The translations under genes were made by a program, and so were the position numbers. Below are positions 1 to 10,015 of a DNA stretch of 64,000 bases, in pieces. The first letter of the stretch is position 1, and the number at the start of each line of letters is the position of its first letter. The notes under the pieces were generated by a model. It worked only from the letters and a program-made list of their open reading frames with translations, ran no database searches and was not told the DNA's origin. Source of the stretch: Candidatus Latescibacterota bacterium (lineage in GTDB: Bacteria; Latescibacterota; UBA2968); NCBI GenBank assembly GCA_965198115.1, contig OZ240241.1, positions 7,104,001 to 7,168,000 on the forward strand, in the 5' to 3' direction.

Positions 1-34
1 ACAGTAGCACCACATAAGGCGAACGTCTTGGCAT
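1..34 (-). CDS. 5' start of a gene running off the window (MPRRSPYVVLL...), probably continuing the biosynthetic operon
   Basis: ATG at 34 (minus strand) preceded by strong AGGAGGAG Shine-Dalgarno; only 11 codons visible. Confidence 0.45.
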   Translation of the reverse strand, partial: MPRRSPYVVLL

Positions 35-60
35 TGTTCTCCTCCTTTTGAAGGAGAACA
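35..60 (-). promoter_or_regulatory. Hairpin overlapping the ribosome-binding site of the gene starting at 34
   Basis: Perfect 9-bp inverted repeat TGTTCTCCT (35-43) / AGGAGAACA (52-60), 8-nt loop; on the minus strand the 3' arm is the SD immediately before ATG. Confidence 0.45.
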
Positions 61-77
61 TAAGCTACAAATAATGT

Positions 78-2613
78 TCAGGACATACCCCTCAGCCCGA
101 GCAGAAATCCATCGATCACGGGGTTGTCTCTGGTCAGCACGAGCCAGCGCTGATCGGACGCTCTACCGGAGCGGGCCTCTTGCGGAGCCCTTCCCCAGTG
201 GAGCGCGAGCCTACTCCCGCAGCCGCCGAAACGTGATCCGCCTCCACCCAATCGTTCCGAACTCGGGATGCCGTAACGCCGACGTTCGAATGGGTAAGTT
301 GGAAGGGAAACACGGCCGATTGTTTCGGGGCGCCGGACATCCAATCGACCTCTACTCCCGCCTCCCACGCCCGACCCAGGGTTTCCTGGTCGTGTTTGTG
401 TTCGCGTGCCCCTTCGGCCAGGGAGGAAAGAATGATCGGGTGGGTCGGCGCTGACGGATGCGTCGCGGCCAGGGCTCCTAGCGACCGGCCTACCCCAATC
501 TCCAGAAGGATCGGATCGTCGAGCGTCCAGACCGTGCGCAGGGGATCGACAGTCGTGTCGGCAGACTCGGGCATCGCGAGCCAACGGGTGGGATCATCTG
601 CAGCGAACTCGAAGGGGTCCGGGCCCCCGGAAAGACCGTGGATCCTGACGGAGGGGGGACGCTGACTGACTTCCGCAAGGAGTCCTGCCAGTGAACTCTC
701 TTCCTGCGGACACCCGGCGAGGGCCCGGCACGCATCTGCCAACGACACGACACCGGCCAAAGCCGCAGCGACGTGGAGACCCACGCCTCGCGAGACGAGC
801 ATTGAGGGCGAAACGCCGCGGTCGATCCACATACGGGCGAGTGAGTAGCCCAGGACAACTGTTGAAACATCGATGAGCGAGTCCGGGATCGGGGTTCGAT
901 CCTCGGGATCGGACGGATAGATTGTCGCCTCCAGATCGAGTCCCAGCGTGGCTTCAGCGCGTCAAACCCGTTCACAGCCTCCTCGCGGAACACCTTCTCA
1001 TAGTCATAAAGCTCTCGTCCCACATTCGCCCGCACCATCCTCTGAGCCGTCAGGAGAAAGACCACGTTTCGTGAGCGTGCGGGGTCGGGGTCCGATCCAG
1101 GGCGCCCGCTCAGACCGACGATGACTTCATCCGTATTCTGACCGACGACGGCTATCCGGTACGGGAACTGATGCCTTCCCACCTGCAGAGTGTGGGCGAC
1201 ATCCTCCAGGCGAACCCCGCTCCCGTCTGCGAGATAGTCACCCAGTGTCCGCGACATCGCTCGCAGTGCCGACGGGGTCCTGGCCGACATCGTGATCAGA
1301 TGCCATGTCCTTTCGGACGTCGGACGTGTGATCGACGGGGCCTCTTCCAGCACGACGTGAGCGTTCGTCCCACCGATGCCGAAAGAACTCACACAAGCAC
1401 GTCGGCAATCTGCCGACCCCCACCGCCGGAGCTCGCGGTTGACGAAAAAGGGGCTGCGGTCGAAGTCGATGTGCGGGTTCGGCTCGCGGAAATGGAGGCT
1501 TGCCGGAATCTGGCCCTTCTGCAGGCAGAGGATCGCTTTGATCATGCCGGCCGCGCCGGCCGCGGTATCCGTGTGACCGATGTTGGACTTGACGGACCCC
1601 AGCGCACAGAACCCGGTCCGGTCCGTCGTCCGGCGGAAGGCGCGCGTCAGGGCCTCGACCTCGATGGGGTCGCCGAGGGTCGTCCCTGTCCCGTGTGCTT
1701 CGACATATCCTATTGTGTCGGCACTGACACCGGCCATCTCAAGCGCATCGACGATCACGTCCGTCTGGCCCTGAGGCGACGGAGCGGAAAAAAGCCGTGC
1801 GGGTGTCACCATCGTTGTTCACAGCCGACCCACGGATGACGGCTTCGATCGCGTCGTTCGATGCCAGCGCATCTTCCAGCCGCTTCAAGGCGAAAACCCC
1901 GAGACCACTCGATGGCACTGTCCCTGCGGCGCCTGCATCGAAAGCACGGCAATGGCCATCCGGAGAAAGGATGCCCCCCTTGGAGAACCAGTAACCCGAG
2001 TCCTGGGGATGGGCGATGGTTATTGCACCGGCCAGAGCAAGATCACACTCGCCGCCGATCAGGCTGCGACACGCCGCGTGTACGGCGACCAGTGCGGTCG
2101 AGCACGCCGTCTGGACGGTGATGGCCGGCCCCCTGAGGCCGAGATGATACGCGACGCGTGTTGTCAGATAGTCTTTTTCGTTTCCCGTGACCACCTTGAA
2201 GGCGCCCACGTTGTCAGCTGCTTGAGACTCGCCTACGCGCCCCCTCCAGAACGCGCTCTCTCCTTGACCGGCATAGATCCGATCCGTTCCCGACAACGGG
2301 CTGGATCGTAGCCCGCCCGCTCCAGGACTTCCCAGGCGGCTTCGAGGAAGCAGCGCTGCTGAGGGTCGACCACGACCGCTTCGTTCGGGGCGTATCCGAA
2401 GAAATCCGCGTCAAACAGCTCGGTATCCTCCAGGACACCACGTGTAGGTACGTAGTGGGTGCCCGCCCGCGGCTTCGGTGACAGTTGCGGCCTTGTCGAA
2501 AAGACCTCCGTGCCCGATTCGAGGATTTCCCAGAACGTCGCCGTGTCGGAGGCCCGCGGATATCTGAGGGCGATGCCGACGACGGCAACTTCCAATCCCG
2601 TCCTGTCAGTCAC
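78..2613 (-). pseudogene. Type I PKS of hybrid NRPS-PKS type: ketosynthase plus degenerate acyltransferase, split by several frameshifts (possibly sequencing errors)
   Basis: Pieces in ORFs 2233-2799, 1739-2296, 490-1812, 134-832 and 78-584. KS motifs [24 protein letters not shown] (Cys), EAHGTGT and NIGHTDTAAG. AT motifs degenerate (VFLLTAQ for VFxFPGQ; SRGVG for GHSxG). GTG start at 2613 overlaps the NRPS stop. Confidence 0.85.
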
Positions 2614-5521
2614 TTTGTCCCCCCACGGAACGGCGATTCTCACCGGCGCCCTGCAACCGTGCCAACCCGGACTGGCGAACGGAAACACCGTCGCCACGGA
2701 CGATCTGGATTTCCGCTGTCTCCTTGAGCCAGTTCGCAAAGCTCCGCACCGTCGGCCGATCGAACATCGCCACGATTGGGAGCTCTCGATCAAGGACATC
2801 CTGCAGACGCGAGTGGAGCTGGAGAAGGCGAACGGAGGTGCCTCCGACGTCGAAGAAGCTGATGGTCACGCCCCCTGGGTCAGCAGGCAGGACGTCTCGC
2901 CAGGCATCCAGTATCTTCCGTTCCAGATCGTTGCGAGGAGGGTCCGCGGATTCGACTGGCGGGACTTCGAGACGATCCCGATCGATCTTCCCGTTCCGCG
3001 TTCGTGGCATTGCCTCGAGTGCAACCAGCCGACTCGGCCGCATGTAGGCAGGGAGGCGAGTCTCCAGGCGTCGCCGCAGCGAGTCAATCGATTCGGAATC
3101 GCTTTCGAGGACCACAAAGCCACAGAGCAGCTGCTGGCCGTCGCCTCGAACAACCATCACGGCGTCTCTGACCGCCGGATCACCCAGGAGCACGTGTTCA
3201 ATCCCTGTCAACTCCACCCGGAATCCAGATAGTTGCACTTGATCGTCCTGCCGCCCGCCGTACTCGATACGTCCGTCCGGCAACCACCGGGCGAGATCGC
3301 CGGTTCGATATAGGCGATCGCCCTGGACGAACGGGTTCCTCACGAATTGGGCCTCCGTGAGTGTTTCCTGGTTCAAATAGCCATCTGCAATGCCACTCCC
3401 CGATAGACATAGCTCGCCAAAGACGCCGATGGGTGTGAGCATGCTTCGAGGGCCCAGGATGTGGGCACGGGTGTTAGGAATGGGTCTTCCGATCGTGACT
3501 CTGGTCTCCGGATCGATCGTCCCGAGTGTGGCGCAGACCGTAGCCTCCGAGGGGCCGTATGCGTTGATCAGTCTCCGATTGCGCCCCCATTTATCTGCGA
3601 TCTCCGAAGTACAGGCTTCGCCAACGGACACGACCGTTTTCAAAGCAGGCAAACCGTCGGAAGAGAGTAGACGGAGCAGAGAGGGGGGCAAAGTCGCGAC
3701 CGAGACTCGGTCCCGTTCCAACCCGGCGAGGAAATCGTCCAGGCAGAGTGGGGGACCTTTGTCCGCAAGGCAGAGCGTCGCGCCGGCAGCGAGGGCACCG
3801 AAGATTTCCGAGACAGATGCATCGAACGCGAGAGAGGCGAATTGCAAGACGCGGCTGCCGGGCTCGATCGGATAGGCTCTTGCGAGCGAGAAGGCGAGGT
3901 TCTGAAGTCCTCTATGCCTGAGAACGACCCCCTTGGGCATGCCGGTTGAACCGGAGGTATAGACGACGTAGGCGGGGTCGTCGAGCGAAACAGGAACGGG
4001 CCCCAACTCGCAGGGATCTTCGGGATCCTCGCCATCCACACAGATTGCCTCCGCACCGTTCCCGACAAGGGCAGCCTGATCGATAGTCGTGACAACCGCC
4101 TTCACGCCGGCGTCTCCCAACACGAACCGGACGCGTTCCGCAGGGTCCGAGACATCGACAGGGACGTAGGCACATCCGGCTTTCAGGATGCCCAGAATCG
4201 CAACGACAGCCTCGATCGAGTTCTGTAGAAGCAGACCGACCCGATCTCCGGGCTCCACCCCGTAAAGCGACAGGCGTTTAGCCGCGTAACTCGACCGGAT
4301 CCTCATCTCCCGGTAAGTCAAGCTCTCACGCCCGCTTCGAACGGCCACACGTGCCGGGTGTGTGGTCGCCAGCCTCTCGATAATCGTGTGGACAGGCTCG
4401 GTCGTCCCCCACGAAAGGGAAGTATCGTTGAAGCGGTTGAGGAGCATCTTCTGCTCAACCTCGGACAGCATGGACAGGTCCGCTAGTGCTACCTGCGGGT
4501 CTTCCATCGCAGAGGCCAGCACGCGCTCGAAGTGGCTGCGGAATCGTTCGGCGGTTGTCTGGTGGAAGAGCGACACCGCATAACGGATTTCGTAGACTGT
4601 ATCGTCAGGGCTGAACACCAGCTCCAGGTCATAGCCGGCCGGGACCCCTTCAGAGCACGATCCACCCACCAGCGCCGATTGGAAAGCCGTGTCGAACCCG
4701 TGGGCACGACTCAAATCCTGCTGACATCCGATATCATCGAGAATACTGTCTAGAGGAAGGGCGTTGTGTTTGACCAGGTGGCATGTGTTTGCGACATCCT
4801 CCACAAACCGAAGGAATGACTTGTCGCCCTGGGCGAGGCAGCGGACGGGTAGGTCTTGGCCAGGTTCGCCAGGCACGGACCGCCACCCCACCACCAGATC
4901 CTCTTGTCCCGCGTATCGCGAGAGTACAACAGCATAGGCCGCCAAAACGAAGGCGCGAGGGTTCACCCCGTACCTCTCACAGACCGAACCCAAGCTGTTC
5001 GACCCCCTCGAATCGAGATGACCGGCGAGAGCCTGTTGTTCGAATGAGACGATCGGCGGTCGAGGGTTGTCGGCCGGAAGGTTCAGGACCGGAATCCCGT
5101 CAGGGAAGCATTTCTCCCAAAACACGTTCTCCGCGGTCGTCGAGACAGCCTTGAAAAGAGGTCGAACTCGATCTATCTCCGCGTGCTGGACATAGTCGGA
5201 CAGGACGGCAGCAGCCAGGGTACCGGCGGAGTATGAAATCTTGTTGGGTACCAGCGTCACCTCTAGCAAGAACGCCCGATCTTCACCGCACGATCTCAGT
5301 GAGACCTCGATCCGACTGTCTTTTGTGGAAGCTCCATCCCTTTCCGAGACGAAGCGGCAAGCCTGCTCTATTTCACCTTCTGGAGTACCCAGACGCTCGA
5401 CCACACGCGCAAAGGACTGTTCGATCGTGGCGCGATCGATCTCTCCCGTCAGCGCATATGCCCGGCGAATCGGCAGCACTGGGATACCGTCTCCGGTCCT
5501 CTGTTCCGGCGAGTTCGTCAT
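2606..5521 (-). CDS. NRPS module: degenerate/partial condensation domain, adenylation domain, PCP
   Basis: A-domain cores YTSGSTGMPKG, FDASV, NAYGPSE, LYRTGDL, NGKIDR; PCP FFDVGGTS; C-domain tail LSRYAGQEDLVVG but no HHxxxDG. Confidence 0.93.
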   Translation of the reverse strand: MTNSPEQRTGDGIPVLPIRRAYALTGEIDRATIEQSFARVVERLGTPEGEIEQACRFVSERDGASTKDSRIEVSLRSCGEDRAFLLEVTLVPNKISYSAGTLAAAVLSDYVQHAEIDRVRPLFKAVSTTAENVFWEKCFPDGIPVLNLPADNPRPPIVSFEQQALAGHLDSRGSNSLGSVCERYGVNPRAFVLAAYAVVLSRYAGQEDLVVGWRSVPGEPGQDLPVRCLAQGDKSFLRFVEDVANTCHLVKHNALPLDSILDDIGCQQDLSRAHGFDTAFQSALVGGSCSEGVPAGYDLELVFSPDDTVYEIRYAVSLFHQTTAERFRSHFERVLASAMEDPQVALADLSMLSEVEQKMLLNRFNDTSLSWGTTEPVHTIIERLATTHPARVAVRSGRESLTYREMRIRSSYAAKRLSLYGVEPGDRVGLLLQNSIEAVVAILGILKAGCAYVPVDVSDPAERVRFVLGDAGVKAVVTTIDQAALVGNGAEAICVDGEDPEDPCELGPVPVSLDDPAYVVYTSGSTGMPKGVVLRHRGLQNLAFSLARAYPIEPGSRVLQFASLAFDASVSEIFGALAAGATLCLADKGPPLCLDDFLAGLERDRVSVATLPPSLLRLLSSDGLPALKTVVSVGEACTSEIADKWGRNRRLINAYGPSEATVCATLGTIDPETRVTIGRPIPNTRAHILGPRSMLTPIGVFGELCLSGSGIADGYLNQETLTEAQFVRNPFVQGDRLYRTGDLARWLPDGRIEYGGRQDDQVQLSGFRVELTGIEHVLLGDPAVRDAVMVVRGDGQQLLCGFVVLESDSESIDSLRRRLETRLPAYMRPSRLVALEAMPRTRNGKIDRDRLEVPPVESADPPRNDLERKILDAWRDVLPADPGGVTISFFDVGGTSVRLLQLHSRLQDVLDRELPIVAMFDRPTVRSFANWLKETAEIQIVRGDGVSVRQSGLARLQGAGENRRSVGGQSD

Positions 5522-7972
5522 TCACGCATCGCCAGTCGTCGCGTCGACGATCTCGTCCTCGATCCGGCATGCTTCAGAGATGATCATGTCGTATAGACCG
5601 CGGACGAACTCAGGGCTCAGATTCTGAGATTCTCCTATCCGGGCGCACTTGGACTTCACGACTTCCACACGATTGGGCTGCATCATCGGGACGTCATTGG
5701 CGCGTTTGAATTGGGCCACGCCCCGGCATATGTCCAGACGTCTTGCAACCAGGCCGACGAGCTCTTCGTCGATGGAGTCCAACTCTTCACGAAATCCTTC
5801 GAGTTCATTCACGATGACCTCCAAACGTTCGGTATGACGATCCGACCCGACGGGGTCCGACCCTTCGATCTCGAACAACCCCTCCTGGAACCTGCCGTAT
5901 ACCGTCACGATAATCGCCCGGATTAGCGCTTCCACTTTGAGAAGCATTTCCTGGTATTCGGACTCGGGATCCGAGAGACTGACGATTGCGCCGCCACATC
6001 CCATCGTGATAAGGTCTCCGTGGAGGACCGCGGTCCGAATCACGATGCTCAAGTCGACGGCTCCGTCGAACCCGAGGTATCCGAGTGCCCCCGAGTATGG
6101 TCCTCTTGGCCTCCGCTCCAGCTGGTCCAGGATCTCCATGGTTCTGAGCTTTGGTGCACCTGTCATCGACCCTCCCGGAAATGCGGCCTTGATGCAGTCG
6201 ACCGGGTGGACATCATGCTTTAGCTGTCCGACAACAGTGCTGACCAGCTGATGGACCGTCTGATACGTTTCCACATCCATCATCTTGGGCACGTCCACAG
6301 ATCCGACCTCACACACACGGCCGAGGTCGTTGCGGAGGAGATCGACGATCATCAGGTTTTCAGCGCGATCTTTCGTGCTCATTCCAAGTGCGAGCCTCAG
6401 GTCCTCATCTTCTTGAGCATCCTGCCCGCGCCTGCTGGTTCCCTTGATCGGTTTGGACTCGACGCAACCGTCGCGGTCGATCTTCAGGAATCGCTCTGGG
6501 GATGAGCTGAGGACCGAATATTCACCGATCTTCAAGTAGCACGCATACGGAGCCGGATTGATACGACGCATAACCTGATAGAGTGCGAGGGGGTCCACGT
6601 CTACTGCGGTCGACACTTCGTTCGTCAGGCAGATTTCGTAGCTCTCTCCCCGATGGATTTCATCGAGGCAGTGCTTGATGTCGGCCAGGTATTCCTTCCG
6701 CGATCTGTTTAGCTTGAACCGGGTTTTCGCGGTCGGATCCGGCACTGCAGATGTCGGCGCCTTCTGGGGGAACGACCTGAGTTCTGCGGTTACCCAGTCG
6801 AACCATCGATTGGCGCAGGCCTCGTCGTCCTCGGCACCCATAGTGACCAGATACACACACGCGTCCTGGTGGTCGAACGCAAGGAAGCGGCCCGCAAGGA
6901 TGAAGGCGGCATCCGGCAGCCGGGACGTGTGGGCCTCTTCGGCCCCGCACACCTTCTTGAGTTCATACCCGAAATAGCCGACAAACCCTCCCGCAAAAGG
7001 AACGGGCAGATCCGGACACGCTACTCGTCGGGCATCCAGCTCATCCCGCAAAAAATCGAAGACATCCCTGTCTAGGTATCTGCGCTCGCCTCCAGCCTCC
7101 GTGACCACGAGTGTGTTTGTGTGTGCTCGATACTCCACTGACATTCCTTGATCGCCGGAATCGTCCCCCATAAAGGAGAAGCGTGAGAGTCCCTCCTCCA
7201 CCCGACTGCTGTCCAGCCAGAAGGACCGCGTGCTGCCGCCGAAGAGATTGGAAAACACCGCATGACCGTCGGGAAGGAAGTCAAGCTTCCTGAACCGAAC
7301 GCACGGCCGCCGGCCAGTTTTGGGCTTTCGAGCACGACCGTTCACGATTCGGAACGATGGATGTTCAACCGAGCCGACACGACGCGTCGAAGACTCGCGT
7401 TCGGTGATTTTCCGGAAGTTTCGTATCAGACGCGCACCGAACTCGGTCCCGATGGACTCCGGATGGAACTGGAGCCCCCAGAGCTTTCTGGCGCGGTGCC
7501 GAAGCCCCATCACGCATCCATCGGTGGTCCAGGCGATCCTTTCGAGGCAATCTGGTAGGCCCTCGGAAACGATCAGAGAGTGATACCTCACGGCAGAGAA
7601 CCCGGGTGGGATCCCTTCAAACAGGTCGGAGCCATCGTGGCAAATCGAACTATGCCGACCGTGCATGACCTCGGGTGCCTGGATCACCCGAGCGCCGTAG
7701 ACTTCACCGAGCCCTTGATGCCCGAGGCAAACACCCAATGTCGGACGGTTGACCTTTCGGAGAACTTCCGCGCACACCCCAAAGTCTCTGTGGTTCTTCG
7801 GTCTACCCGGGCCGGGCGAAATGACCACGTTTTCGAACGACAGCCGGGAGAGTGCTGGCCAGTCCAATGCGTTGTTCGTAACGACGAGGGGTTCCTCACC
7901 GTTCACTTCGGCAAGCACCTGAAAAAGGTTGTAAGTGAACGAGTCGTAGTTGTCGATCAGGAGCGTGCGCAT
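5522..7972 (-). CDS. pabB: Aminodeoxychorismate synthase (PabA+PabB) fused to a C-terminal chorismate-mutase-like domain (PapA-PapB-like fusion)
   Basis: IDNYDSFT, SPGPG, GVCLGHQ and QFHPES (GATase); SSSPERFL, PIKGT, ENLMIVDLLRNDL and GSMTGAPK (chorismate-binding); C-terminal LEGFREELDSIDEELVGLVARRL...K...PMMQPNR (AroQ-type mutase). ATG start at 7972. Confidence 0.92.
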   Translation of the reverse strand: MRTLLIDNYDSFTYNLFQVLAEVNGEEPLVVTNNALDWPALSRLSFENVVISPGPGRPKNHRDFGVCAEVLRKVNRPTLGVCLGHQGLGEVYGARVIQAPEVMHGRHSSICHDGSDLFEGIPPGFSAVRYHSLIVSEGLPDCLERIAWTTDGCVMGLRHRARKLWGLQFHPESIGTEFGARLIRNFRKITERESSTRRVGSVEHPSFRIVNGRARKPKTGRRPCVRFRKLDFLPDGHAVFSNLFGGSTRSFWLDSSRVEEGLSRFSFMGDDSGDQGMSVEYRAHTNTLVVTEAGGERRYLDRDVFDFLRDELDARRVACPDLPVPFAGGFVGYFGYELKKVCGAEEAHTSRLPDAAFILAGRFLAFDHQDACVYLVTMGAEDDEACANRWFDWVTAELRSFPQKAPTSAVPDPTAKTRFKLNRSRKEYLADIKHCLDEIHRGESYEICLTNEVSTAVDVDPLALYQVMRRINPAPYACYLKIGEYSVLSSSPERFLKIDRDGCVESKPIKGTSRRGQDAQEDEDLRLALGMSTKDRAENLMIVDLLRNDLGRVCEVGSVDVPKMMDVETYQTVHQLVSTVVGQLKHDVHPVDCIKAAFPGGSMTGAPKLRTMEILDQLERRPRGPYSGALGYLGFDGAVDLSIVIRTAVLHGDLITMGCGGAIVSLSDPESEYQEMLLKVEALIRAIIVTVYGRFQEGLFEIEGSDPVGSDRHTERLEVIVNELEGFREELDSIDEELVGLVARRLDICRGVAQFKRANDVPMMQPNRVEVVKSKCARIGESQNLSPEFVRGLYDMIISEACRIEDEIVDATTGDA

Positions 7973-8069
7973 GCATTCCTGTCTTGGCGCCTTCGGGTCG
8001 CGGAAGGACAAACTCGACTCTCAATGAGCTGGGTGAGACCGGCGGATTCCGCTCTCATCGGTGCTCGCC

Positions 8070-9995
8070 TCAGTCGTCATCAGCAGATCCCTTGCAAGCG
8101 TCAACGATCAGAGAGGAAACCGACTCTGCAAACGCCCAGGGATCCTCCACACGCTCCCCCTCGACTTGGACGGCCTGCTCGTAGAGCAGCCTGCAACAGT
8201 TCGCCACCCGGGGATCGTCCGGGGCTCGATCGAACAGCGCCTGGACAGCTTGAACGACCGCGTGTTCCAGATTGATTTCCAGGATCTTCCGCGCCCGGAA
8301 CACGGACTGGTTCGCCTCCCGCATCAGGCGTTCCATGTTCAGGCTGTGACCGATCTCTGCGCTCGCCAGGCAAACCGGACTCTGTGTGAGGCGGGTGGAC
8401 GCACGAACGTCGTCCATTTTTTCTCCCAAGCAGGTTTTCATGTATTCCAAGAGGCCTTCCTCGGTGTCCGGCTCGTCGGGAGACTCGTCTTGGTCGTCTT
8501 TCGAGAGGTCGATACTGTTCACACGGGAGATCGACTTCAAGGGCTTCCCTTGATACTCCGTCAGGCTTTGGGTCAGGAACTCGTCGACTTTGTCTACGAA
8601 TAACAGAACCTCGTAGCCTTTCTCCCTTACACCCTCCAGCTGGGGAGACTTCTCGATCGCCTCCCTGCTGGGTCCGGTGGCGAAAAGGATCTCTTCCTGA
8701 TCCTCCGGCATACGTGCCACATACTCTGAGAGCGTCGTGGACTCTGTGCCTGCGCTCAACACCCCGAATACAAGCAGATCCTGAAGCTTCTCGACGTTAT
8801 CGGGATCGCTGAATATCCCCCCCTTGATCGACTTCCCGAACTCCGCCCAAAGCGCCTCATACAGGCCGCGGTCGTTCTTCAAAATCGAACGGAAGGCGCT
8901 CAGAATCTTTCGCTCCGCATATCCTACAATCCGCTTCAACTGTCGTCCGTGTTGAAGTGTCTCTCGGGAAATGTTCAACGGGAGGTCCGGAGAGTCGATG
9001 ACGCCTTGCATAAACGACAGATACTCGGGGAAGCCCTGACAGGACTCCATCACCAGAACCCGGTTCGAGAAAAGCCTGACACCGCTCTCCGTTGCGCTCG
9101 TATACAGGTCATAGGGCGCATGTGACGGGATGAAAAGCAAGCCCGACACCACGACCGTCCCTTCCCCCTTAAAGTGAATCGTCTCCGCGGGCTCGTAGTA
9201 GTCGTTGAAGCTGTCCCGGTAGAACGAGGCGTAATCTTCGTCGGTCAGACCGGAGCTGTCTTCCTCCCAAAGGGGCTTGATCGAGTTGAGCGTCTTCTGT
9301 TCGATGACCGAGAATTCCGCTTCGTCATGGTGACTCCCCTCGGAGGCGGGCTTTTGGGTCTCGAAATCCATTCGAATCGGATACTGGACAAAGTTGCTGT
9401 AGTGCTGTACGTGCTTCTGGATGACGAATTGATCCAGGAAGGTGTCGAAAGATTCGTCTTCCGTGTTCTCTCTGAGTCGAAGGACGATCCGGGTCCCACG
9501 GTCGCACATGGGTATTTCGCTGATCTCGAACGTACCTTCGCCCTCCGATTCCCAGCATACGCCCAGCTCGGCGTGCGGATGTTTCGTGGACACGGACAGT
9601 TGGTCTGCAACCATAAACGCGGAGTAGAACCCGACCCCGAACTGCCCGATCAGAGTCTCATCGGAACCGCCCTCGCGAAGAGACTCCACAAACGCCAGAG
9701 ATCCCGACTTCGCGATCGTTCCGAGGTTCTCCATCACGTCGTCGTACGTCATCCCGATCCCGTTGTCAGAAATCGTCAGTGTGCGGGCCTCCCGGTCGAT
9801 CTCGATGCGGATCGAGAGATCGGTGTCTTGCCCCAGAATGTCCGGTTCCGTCAGCGCCAGGATCCTAAGTCTGTCCAGTGCGTCCGATGCGTTTGCAATC
9901 AGCTCGCGCATAAAAATCTCCTTCTGCGTGTAGAGCGAGTTGACCACAAGCTTGAGCAGCTGTTTGACTTCGGCCTGGAAATCCATCGTTTTCAT
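8070..9995 (-). CDS. htpG: Hsp90-family chaperone HtpG
   Basis: FQAEVKQLL, EIFMRELIANASDA, DNGIGM, NLGTIAKSG, IGQFGVGFYSAF, LPLNISRETLQ; 641 aa. Confidence 0.96.
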   Translation of the reverse strand: MKTMDFQAEVKQLLKLVVNSLYTQKEIFMRELIANASDALDRLRILALTEPDILGQDTDLSIRIEIDREARTLTISDNGIGMTYDDVMENLGTIAKSGSLAFVESLREGGSDETLIGQFGVGFYSAFMVADQLSVSTKHPHAELGVCWESEGEGTFEISEIPMCDRGTRIVLRLRENTEDESFDTFLDQFVIQKHVQHYSNFVQYPIRMDFETQKPASEGSHHDEAEFSVIEQKTLNSIKPLWEEDSSGLTDEDYASFYRDSFNDYYEPAETIHFKGEGTVVVSGLLFIPSHAPYDLYTSATESGVRLFSNRVLVMESCQGFPEYLSFMQGVIDSPDLPLNISRETLQHGRQLKRIVGYAERKILSAFRSILKNDRGLYEALWAEFGKSIKGGIFSDPDNVEKLQDLLVFGVLSAGTESTTLSEYVARMPEDQEEILFATGPSREAIEKSPQLEGVREKGYEVLLFVDKVDEFLTQSLTEYQGKPLKSISRVNSIDLSKDDQDESPDEPDTEEGLLEYMKTCLGEKMDDVRASTRLTQSPVCLASAEIGHSLNMERLMREANQSVFRARKILEINLEHAVVQAVQALFDRAPDDPRVANCCRLLYEQAVQVEGERVEDPWAFAESVSSLIVDACKGSADDD

Positions 9996-10015
9996 AGAGT
10001 TGTCTCCTTCTCCAG

